Of a stretch of 64,000 nt of DNA, positions 56,753-64,000 are shown piece by piece. The stretch is taken from NCBI GenBank assembly GCA_035512055.1, contig DATKEP010000064.1:720-64719 (forward strand), given 5' to 3'. The stretch's first letter is position 1. Every line of letters begins with the position of its first letter. The stretch is from Rhizomicrobium sp. Its GTDB lineage: Bacteria; Pseudomonadota; Alphaproteobacteria; Micropepsales; Micropepsaceae. The notes under the pieces were generated by a model. The model did not search any database. It had not been told where the DNA came from and was given only the letters and a program-made list of their open reading frames with translations. A program made the position numbers and the translations under genes.

Positions 56753-58855
56753 TCAGATCTGGCCCAAGGTGCGCAAGCGCACCGAGGCATGGATTTCATT
56801 CTGGCTCATCACCACCGTCTGGGGCCGGAAGCGCTCGATGATGGAACGAACGAAGGGACGAATTTGGGGAGACGTCAGCAGGATCGGGACTTCGTTCTTG
56901 GCGCCCGCCTCGTCAAAGGATTCGCGCACCGCCTGGATGAATTGCTGCAGCCGCGACGGCGCCATAGCGAGCTGGCGCTCTTCGCCTTGGCCGACGATGG
57001 ATTCGGCAAAGGCCTGTTCCCAATTGGGCGACAGCGCCAGCAGCGGCAGGTAGCCGGACGGCGACAGGTTGGCGTTGCAAAGCTGGCGGGCGAGGCGCGC
57101 GCGCACGTGCTCGGTGATGTAAAGCGCGTTTTTGGTGTGGCCGACCGCTTCGGCAACGCCTTCCAGGATGGCAGGCAGGTCGCGGATGGAGACCCGCTCG
57201 CTGAGCAGCGTCTGCAGCACGCGCTGCACGCCGGTGACCGAAATCTGAGAGGGGATGAGTTCTTCCACCAGCTTCTTGTTCTCCGGCGGCAGGTCGTCCA
57301 GCAGTTTCTTGGTCTCGGCATAGGACAGAAGCTCGGCCATATGGCTTTTGAGCACTTCGGTCAGATGCGTGGTGAGCACGGTGCCGGGATCTACCACGGT
57401 GAAGCCGCGGAAGGAGGCCTCTTCCTTCAGGCTGCCGGTGACCCAGGTGGCAGGCAGGCCGAAGGCCGGTTCGGTGGTGTGCGTACCGGGCAGATCGATG
57501 GGCAGCCCTTTGGGGTCCATGATCAGGAAGCTGCCGGGGAAAAGCTCGCCCTTGCCGGAATCGAATTCCTTGATGCGGATGCGGTACTCGTTGGCGCCCA
57601 GCTGCATATTGTCGAGGATGCGCACCGCCGGCATGACAAAGCCCATCTCCTGTGCCAGTTGGCGGCGCAGTGCCTTGATCTGGTCGGTGATGCGGTGGCC
57701 TTGCACATCGTTGATCAGGGGAAGCAGGCCATATCCCAATTCGATGCGCAATTGGTCCAGTGCCAATGCCGTCGAGATCGGCTCCTCCTTGGGCGGACCG
57801 GCGGCTTGCGCAGACTCGGCGGCAGCCTGCTGGCTGCGGGCGTTCTTGCGCTTGTGGGCATACCAGGCCAGCGTGCCTGTGCCGCCGGAGAGCAACCCAA
57901 ACACCAGTGTCGGCATGCCGGGCAGGACCGCGACAATGCCCATCACCGCGGCGGCCATGCCCAGCGCCTGGGGATAGAAGGACAATTGGCCCATCAGCGC
58001 CTTGTCGGTTGCGCCTTCGACGCCGGCCTTCGACACCATCAAGCCTGCGGCAGTCGAGACAATCAGCGCCGGCATCTGCGATACCAGGCCGTCGCCGACC
58101 GTCAGCAGGGTGAAGGTCTGGGACGCGTCGGCGAAGCTCATGCCCTTCTGGGCCACGGCAATGATGATGCCACCGACGATATTGATGCCCACGATCATCA
58201 GGCCGGCAATGGCATCGCCGCGCACGAATTTGCTGGCGCCGTCCATGGCGCCGAAGAAATTGGATTCCGCCTCGATATTCTTGCGCCGAGCCTTGGCCTC
58301 TTTCTCGTCAATCAGGCCGGCAGAGAGGTCGGCATCGATCGCCATCTGCTTGCCGGGCATGGCGTCCAGGCTGAAGCGTGCCGCAACTTCGGCGATGCGG
58401 CCCGAACCCTTGGTGATGACGACGAAGTTCACGATGATCAGGATGGCGAAAACGATCAACCCGATCACGAAGTTGCCTTGCATGATCAGCTTGCCGAAGG
58501 CCTGGATGACATAGCCGGAGGCGGCAGTGCCCTCATTGCCATGGCCCAGGATCAGCCGGGTCGACGCCAGGTTCAGCGCCAGCCGCATCATGGTGGTGAT
58601 GAGCAGGATGGTGGGGAAGGACGAGAATTCCAGCGGCTTCCTGATGAACACGGCCGTCATCAGGATCAAGATCGAGAAGCTGAGCGAAAAGGCCAGGCTG
58701 ACATCCAGCATCCATGTCGGCAGCGGCAGGATCAGCACCACCAGGATGGCCATGATGCCGATCGCAAGCCCGAGGTCGGACTTGCGGATGAACTCCATGA
58801 CCTTGGCGGGCGACAGATCGAAGCCCGATGTCGCTGTGGTGCTGATGTCAGACAT
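56753..58855 (-). CDS. flhA: Flagellar export protein FlhA
   Basis: FSSFPTILL, NLASTRLIL, KGSGRIAEVAARFSLDAMPGKQMAIDADL, GAMDGASKFVRGDA. Confidence 0.98.
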   Translation of the reverse strand: MSDISTTATSGFDLSPAKVMEFIRKSDLGLAIGIMAILVVLILPLPTWMLDVSLAFSLSFSILILMTAVFIRKPLEFSSFPTILLITTMMRLALNLASTRLILGHGNEGTAASGYVIQAFGKLIMQGNFVIGLIVFAILIIVNFVVITKGSGRIAEVAARFSLDAMPGKQMAIDADLSAGLIDEKEAKARRKNIEAESNFFGAMDGASKFVRGDAIAGLMIVGINIVGGIIIAVAQKGMSFADASQTFTLLTVGDGLVSQMPALIVSTAAGLMVSKAGVEGATDKALMGQLSFYPQALGMAAAVMGIVAVLPGMPTLVFGLLSGGTGTLAWYAHKRKNARSQQAAAESAQAAGPPKEEPISTALALDQLRIELGYGLLPLINDVQGHRITDQIKALRRQLAQEMGFVMPAVRILDNMQLGANEYRIRIKEFDSGKGELFPGSFLIMDPKGLPIDLPGTHTTEPAFGLPATWVTGSLKEEASFRGFTVVDPGTVLTTHLTEVLKSHMAELLSYAETKKLLDDLPPENKKLVEELIPSQISVTGVQRVLQTLLSERVSIRDLPAILEGVAEAVGHTKNALYITEHVRARLARQLCNANLSPSGYLPLLALSPNWEQAFAESIVGQGEERQLAMAPSRLQQFIQAVRESFDEAGAKNEVPILLTSPQIRPFVRSIIERFRPQTVVMSQNEIHASVRLRTLGQI

Positions 58856-58963
58856 TTGTCTCACGCTTCCTTCAGATCATGCCCGCCGCTCGCCCAAGCT
58901 CGCGGCGTTCGTCACTTGAAATGATTTGCCGGATCATTTCGTTCGCCACCGGCGAACCGTTCC

Positions 58964-60355
58964 TCACCCAGCCATCTTCGTTTCAAGCGCCCGCTGCTCG
59001 CCATGGCCCGGGATGGAGAGCCCGGCATCGGAATATTCCTTGAGCTTGTTGCGCAGGGTGCGGATGGAGATGCCCAGGATGTTCGCGGCATGGGTGCGGT
59101 TGCCCAGGCAATGGTCCAGCGTGTCCAGGATCAGGTCACGCTCGACATCGCTGACGGTGCGGCCCACCAGCGAGCGGGTGACGGCGGTCGCCGAAATCAC
59201 TGCGTTGTGCACGCTGGGATTTTGCGGGATCATGGCGGAGGCGGCGCCCACCTGCGTGCCATCGGGCAGGCGAATGGCTTCCGGGCCGATCTCCGTGCCT
59301 ATTGCCAGCAGCACGGCGCGGTGGATCGTGTTTTCCAGCTCCCGAACATTGCCTTTCCAGTTATGGGAGAGCAGCAGCCGCTCGGTCTGGGAGGAGATCG
59401 GGCGATAGGCCACGCCATTGGCTTCGGCATATTTGCGGGCGAAGTGGTGCGCCAAAGCGCGAATGTCCTTGGGCCGCTCGCGCAGGGCGGGCAGGCGCAG
59501 ATTCACGACATTCAGGCGATAGAGCAGGTCTTCCCGGAAAGTGCCGTGACGCACGGCCTCGGCCAGGTCGCGGTTGGACGTGGCGATGATGCGGATGTCC
59601 ACCTTGACGGGCTTGGTGCCGCCGACGCGGTCGATCTCGCGCTCCTGGATGGCGCGCAACAGCTTGGCCTGGAGCCGCGCATCCATTTCGCTGATTTCAT
59701 CGAGCAGGAGCGTGCCGCCATTGGCTTCCTCGAACTTGCCGATGCGCCGGGCGATGGCGCCGGTGAACGCACCCTTCTCGTGACCGAACAGTTCCGATTC
59801 CAGCAGATTCTCCGGAATGGCGGCGCAATTGACAGAGATGAAGGGCTTGTCCGAGCGCTGGGACTTGCGATGGACGTAGCGGGCCAGCACTTCTTTGCCG
59901 GTACCGCTTTCACCGGTGATCAGGATCGAGGCTTCACTGCCCGCGATCTGGTCTGCCAGTGACAGGACCGCGTCCATGGCCTCGTCTTCATGGACCAGCT
60001 GGTGGGATTCGTCGGCCACTGCCGCCAGGACTGCGGCAATCAGTTCGGGATCGGCGGGAAGAGGCAGATATTCCTTGGCGCCCGCGCGAATAGCCGCGAC
60101 TGCGCGGCTTGTGTCGGTGCCGACGCCGCAGGCCACCACGGGCGTGCAGATCCGCTCGGCGGAAAGGCCGCGCACCAGGCTGCCGATATCCAGCGCCACG
60201 TCGCAGAATACGAGGTCCGCGCCCACCCCGCCGCGAAGCGAGGCAAGGGCCTGTTCTATATCCGTGGCGTGGGTGACTTTCGCCCCCTTGTCCATGGCGA
60301 TTTTGGTGGCCAGGCCAATCTGGCCCTGAAGTCCGCCGACGATGAGTAGACGCAT
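58964..60355 (-). CDS. flbD: Sigma54-dependent flagellar activator FlbD
   Basis: Receiver-like N-terminus, GESGTGKE, ESELFGHEKGAFTGA, WKGNVREL, C-terminal HTH (GNRTHAANILGISIRTLRNKL); fliN-flbD-flhA order. Confidence 0.9.
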   Translation of the reverse strand: MRLLIVGGLQGQIGLATKIAMDKGAKVTHATDIEQALASLRGGVGADLVFCDVALDIGSLVRGLSAERICTPVVACGVGTDTSRAVAAIRAGAKEYLPLPADPELIAAVLAAVADESHQLVHEDEAMDAVLSLADQIAGSEASILITGESGTGKEVLARYVHRKSQRSDKPFISVNCAAIPENLLESELFGHEKGAFTGAIARRIGKFEEANGGTLLLDEISEMDARLQAKLLRAIQEREIDRVGGTKPVKVDIRIIATSNRDLAEAVRHGTFREDLLYRLNVVNLRLPALRERPKDIRALAHHFARKYAEANGVAYRPISSQTERLLLSHNWKGNVRELENTIHRAVLLAIGTEIGPEAIRLPDGTQVGAASAMIPQNPSVHNAVISATAVTRSLVGRTVSDVERDLILDTLDHCLGNRTHAANILGISIRTLRNKLKEYSDAGLSIPGHGEQRALETKMAG

Positions 60356-60384
60356 GGTTGTTGTCCTCTAATTCCCGGCCTTCA

Positions 60385-60738
60385 TTACGAGCCCGATCCG
60401 GCCTTGATGATTTCTGTCATGGTGATGCCCAGCCGGTCTTCCACCAGCACCACTTCGCCGCGCGCCACCAGGCGGTCATTCACATAGATGTCGATGGCCT
60501 CGCCCACCTTGCGGTCGAGCTCCACGATTGTGCCCCGGGCGAGCTTGAGCAGCTGGCTGACTTCCATGGCGCTCTTGCCCAGCACCGCGGATACGGTGAC
60601 TGGCACATCGAACACTGCTTCCAGGTCGGCGGCGGAGTGTTTGGGCGCCGCATCCGCTACGGAGTCGGAATCGAGCAGGGCAGCGCCTGCTGCGCCGTCA
60701 TGGCTGAGATCGGGCAGATCGACATTGTCGCTCGCCAT
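60385..60738 (-). CDS. fliN: Flagellar motor switch protein FliN
   Basis: DVPVTVSAVLG, VELDRKVGEAIDIYVNDRLVARGEVV. Confidence 0.96.
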   Translation of the reverse strand: MASDNVDLPDLSHDGAAGAALLDSDSVADAAPKHSAADLEAVFDVPVTVSAVLGKSAMEVSQLLKLARGTIVELDRKVGEAIDIYVNDRLVARGEVVLVEDRLGITMTEIIKAGSGS

Positions 60739-60744
60739 GGGAGG

Positions 60745-61365
60745 TTATCCTTTCACGCTGGCAGAAAAACGGTGGGTAATAAGGGAGGTCAAAGCTTCTT
60801 CGATCGCGTCTTCGCTGCGCTCGGCGCCGCCGCCGCGCCATTCGATCCGGCAGTCGCCCGCCTTCATGCCCGGCTCCGCGGCGATGGCGATGCGGCCGTC
60901 ATAACCTTCTTCCTGGGCGATTGCCGCCAGGCGCGGTTCTATGGCCTGCGCCACGACGGGGGAGGTACGAAGAGTGATGCGCGGCTCGCCAATGGCCTGA
61001 TGCATCGCCTGGCGAAGCGCGATTTCCACATCCCCGGTCGGCAATGCGGCAAGGGCCGCGGAAGCGATTCTCTTGGCCATGGCCAGCGCCAGGCGGGCCG
61101 CTTCATCACGGAGGCTTTCGATCTCGCCATGACTCTGGTCCAGCGTGGCGCGGACGGAGATGGTCAGCGCAGCAATGCTGCGATCCAGCGCCTCGGTGTT
61201 GCGGGCCTGGGCGCTGTTCTCGCCCTGGATGCGGGCCTCGGCCCGGATGCGCTCCAGTTCCTCGGTCGTGAGGGTTTGTTTCTGACGCGCGCGGGCGGCG
61301 GGGGCCTGGCGGTCTTCCTTGCCCAGGAATTCGGTGTCGAAGGTGAATTTGCTTTGCGAGGCCAT
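60745..61365 (-). CDS. fliH: Flagellar assembly protein FliH
   Basis: KFTFDTEF, GDCRIEWRGGG; lies between fliG and fliN. Confidence 0.9.
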   Translation of the reverse strand: MASQSKFTFDTEFLGKEDRQAPAARARQKQTLTTEELERIRAEARIQGENSAQARNTEALDRSIAALTISVRATLDQSHGEIESLRDEAARLALAMAKRIASAALAALPTGDVEIALRQAMHQAIGEPRITLRTSPVVAQAIEPRLAAIAQEEGYDGRIAIAAEPGMKAGDCRIEWRGGGAERSEDAIEEALTSLITHRFSASVKG

Positions 61366-62399
61366 CAGTACACCAGCTCGTCTTCGCCGCTGCCGCCGGT
61401 GATCATGATTTCGCCCTTGTTGGCGAGGTCCTTGGCGACATTGACCATGCGCATCTGGGCTTCATCCACGTCCTTGAGGCGCACCGGACCCATGGCCTCC
61501 ATGTCGTCGCGCAGGATCTTGCCGGCACGTTCGCTCATGTTAGAGAAGAAGACGTCGCGCAGACCGTCGGTGGCGCCCTTAAGCGCCAGGCCCAGCTTGT
61601 CTTTCTCGATATTGCGCAGCAGCGTTTGGATGGAACCCGGATCGAGCTTGCCCAAATCTTCGAAGGTGAACATCAAGGCCTTGATGCGCTCGGCGGAATC
61701 GCGATTGCGTTCTTCCAGCGCGGTGATAAAGCGGCTTTCCGTCTGGCGGTCGAAATTGTTGAAGATTTCCGCCATCTGTTCATGGGCGTCGCGCTTGGCG
61801 GTGCGCGCCAAGTTGGACATGAATTCCACGCGAAGCGTCTGCTCGACCTTGTCGAGAATATCCTTCTGTACGCTTTCCATGCGCAGCATCCGCTGCACCA
61901 CTTCCAGCGCGAATTCCTCAGGCAGAGAGCCCAGCACGCGCGCGGCATGTTCGGGCTTGATCTTGGACAGCACCACCGAAACGGTCTGGGGATATTCGTT
62001 CTTCAGATAGTTGGCCAGCACCGACTCGTTCACATTGGCGAGCTTGTCCCACATGGTGCGACCGGCGGGACCGCGGATTTCCTCCATGATGACGCCGACC
62101 TTTTCCGGCGGAAGAATGTTGGCAAGCAGCCTTTCGGTGGACTCATAGGAACCCATCAGCGAGCCGGTGCCCGACATCTGGGAGACGAAGTCCACCAGCA
62201 ACTTTTCGATCAGGCCGGCGGAAATCGAGCCCAGATTGGACATGACCTGGGAGACTTCCTTGATCTCCTCTTCGTCCATCATCTCCCAGATGCGCTGCGA
62301 GTGATCCTCGCCCAAGGCCAGCATCACGATGGCGGCGCGCTCGGCGCCGGTGAGGGAGCGGATATCGTCTTTGACAGGGGCTTTGGCGGATTTCGACAT
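61365..62399 (-). CDS. fliG: Flagellar motor switch protein FliG
   Basis: [36 protein letters not shown]. Confidence 0.97.
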   Translation of the reverse strand: MSKSAKAPVKDDIRSLTGAERAAIVMLALGEDHSQRIWEMMDEEEIKEVSQVMSNLGSISAGLIEKLLVDFVSQMSGTGSLMGSYESTERLLANILPPEKVGVIMEEIRGPAGRTMWDKLANVNESVLANYLKNEYPQTVSVVLSKIKPEHAARVLGSLPEEFALEVVQRMLRMESVQKDILDKVEQTLRVEFMSNLARTAKRDAHEQMAEIFNNFDRQTESRFITALEERNRDSAERIKALMFTFEDLGKLDPGSIQTLLRNIEKDKLGLALKGATDGLRDVFFSNMSERAGKILRDDMEAMGPVRLKDVDEAQMRMVNVAKDLANKGEIMITGGSGEDELVY

Positions 62400-62402
62400 G
62401 GA

Positions 62403-64000
62403 TTAAACCGGTTGATGCAGCCAGGTGCGGATGATCGCCAGCGCTTCTTCGGGATGCGCCGTGACCACTTCACCGACTTTCTTGATGGAGGAATTGCTGA
62501 CCTGACCGTCGATGCGGCTGATGTCGATGCTGGGCGCGGGCGGCGGCAGGGCGATCGTCGGGGCACCGCCCTCGGCTGCCGCTGCCGGGACCCCGGCCGG
62601 AGAAGGCAGGCTGCCAGCAATCGGAGAGACGTTGGCAATGGCCGAGCGGCCGCGGTTAACCGAGGCCGCCTGGGCCGCGAACATGCGGTTGATCAGCGGC
62701 TTGGCCACGAACAGACCAATCAGCAGCGCCGTCACGCACAGGATGGCGGCCTCGATGATCTTGAACCAGTAGGCGCCGTCCAGGCCCAAGACTGGCTTGG
62801 ATGCTGGCGTCCCGCTGGCGCTGTCGTCCGCGCGGGCAAACTGCATGTTGGTGACTTGCACCTGGTCGCCGCGGGATGCATCGAAGCCCATCGCCGACTT
62901 CACCAGGGCGGTGATTTTGCTCATTTCCTCCGGCGTGCGCGGCTTGTAGGCGGCTGAACTATCGCCGGACCCGTCCACGACGACGGCAACCGATAGTTTT
63001 TTCACGTCGCCGCCGTCCACCGTGGACGTCGTGACCTTCTTGGAAATTTCGTAGTTGGTGGTTTCCTCGGTGCGGCCCGATGTGTCCTTGCTGTTGTCAC
63101 TGCTGTTCTGGGCCTGGGCATTCGGCAGCGCATTGGCGACCGAGACGGCATTGCTGTTGCCGGAGGTGTTGGAGGAATTCTGCTCGATGGTCTGGGTCGA
63201 GCGCACCACCTTGGTGTCGGGATTATAGTCTTCGCTGGTGGTCTGGGTGTGGTTGTAGTTGATGTCCGCGGCAACCTGGACCTGGACATGGTTGGCGCCG
63301 ACTACGCTCGCGACGATGGATTCGATGCGCTGGCGAAGCCCGTTCTCGTAATTGGTCGTGTCCTCATCCTGGTTGCGGGCGAGCGCATCGGGCCCGGACT
63401 TTTCGTCGCCGCCGGCCAAGAGGTTGCCGCGATCATCCACAATGGCGACGCGGTCGGGCGACAACCCGGCCACCGCCGCCGCCACCAGATGCTGGATTGC
63501 CAGGACCTGGCCGCGGTCAAGGCGGCCCGCGGTCCTCAGCACGACCGAGGCGGAAGGTTGCTGGTCGTCGCGCGAAAAGATCTGGCGTTCGGGAATGACG
63601 AGATGGACGCGGGCCGTCTGGATACCCTCGATGGTCTGCATCGAGCGAGCCAGTTCGCCTTCCAGCGCGCGCTGGTGGTTGATGTTCTGCACAAAGGCGG
63701 TGGTGCCGAAGGCATCGGACTTGTCGAAAATCTCATAGCCCACGCCGGCTGCCGGCAGATTGTCCTGTGCAAGCGCCATCCGCAGCTTGGTCACCTGGTC
63801 GGCCGGCACCAGGATCGTGCCGCCGTCCTTGACGTCGTACTTGACCGCCATGCCGTCGAGCTTGGTGGTGACTGCGGCGGCGTCGCGCGATTCCAGTCCG
63901 GAGAAGAGAATGGTCTTGGGCGGCTCGGTGATGGCGCCCGCGATATAAAGAAAGAAGGCGGTGAGCACGGCGGCGACACCGGCCATGACGCCGAACCGCG
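62403..64000 (-). CDS. fliF: Flagellar M-ring protein FliF (5' end outside the window)
   Basis: GYEIFDK, ALEGELARSM, ARVHLVIPER, PSASVVL, NYEISK, HPEEALAIIRTWL. Confidence 0.97.
   Translation of the reverse strand, partial: RFGVMAGVAAVLTAFFLYIAGAITEPPKTILFSGLESRDAAAVTTKLDGMAVKYDVKDGGTILVPADQVTKLRMALAQDNLPAAGVGYEIFDKSDAFGTTAFVQNINHQRALEGELARSMQTIEGIQTARVHLVIPERQIFSRDDQQPSASVVLRTAGRLDRGQVLAIQHLVAAAVAGLSPDRVAIVDDRGNLLAGGDEKSGPDALARNQDEDTTNYENGLRQRIESIVASVVGANHVQVQVAADINYNHTQTTSEDYNPDTKVVRSTQTIEQNSSNTSGNSNAVSVANALPNAQAQNSSDNSKDTSGRTEETTNYEISKKVTTSTVDGGDVKKLSVAVVVDGSGDSSAAYKPRTPEEMSKITALVKSAMGFDASRGDQVQVTNMQFARADDSASGTPASKPVLGLDGAYWFKIIEAAILCVTALLIGLFVAKPLINRMFAAQAASVNRGRSAIANVSPIAGSLPSPAGVPAAAAEGGAPTIALPPPAPSIDISRIDGQVSNSSIKKVGEVVTAHPEEALAIIRTWLHQPV

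Noticed and set aside
21632-64000. CRISPR array, tRNA or rRNA anywhere in the window
   Set aside because: No regularly spaced 25-40 bp direct repeats with unique spacers, and no cloverleaf or rRNA signatures were seen; the His-codon repeat and the 36-bp duplication are coding

Overview
High-GC alphaproteobacterial chromosome segment; gene order and protein sequences suggest a Caulobacter/Rhizobiales-like lineage, possibly Rhizomicrobium/Micropepsaceae (inference, not database-checked). Mostly core genes: purine biosynthesis (purB, purC-purS-purQ-purL-bolA, purE-purK), radC, map, icd, asd, def, rpsU, recA, alaS, ubiX, rpmE, the cell-cycle regulators cckA, ctrA and rcdA, and three flagellar blocks (fliP/fliO divergent from flgB-flgC-fliE-fliQ-fliR-flhB; fliI-fliJ; fliF-fliG-fliH-fliN-flbD-flhA-flhF-like). 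Between cckA and recA lies a ~7 kb accessory block with two signal-peptide-bearing mutarotases, an exported HpcH-like aldolase, a small secreted Thr-tailed protein, ~1 kb of hairpin-dense non-coding DNA, and a decayed IS1595-family element with small passenger ORFs. The most notable non-annotated signals are: (1) a candidate ~515-nt + strand structured ncRNA bounded by a sigma70-like promoter and an intrinsic terminator (36096-36610); (2) a complete Thr/Lys(/Met) leader-peptide attenuator upstream of asd; (3) a three-stem repeat module present in three copies whose stems differ in sequence but keep base-pairing; (4) an 18-bp direct repeat at both IS junctions; (5) exported aldolase-fold proteins. 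All coordinates and pairings were read by eye; no searches or folding programs were run.
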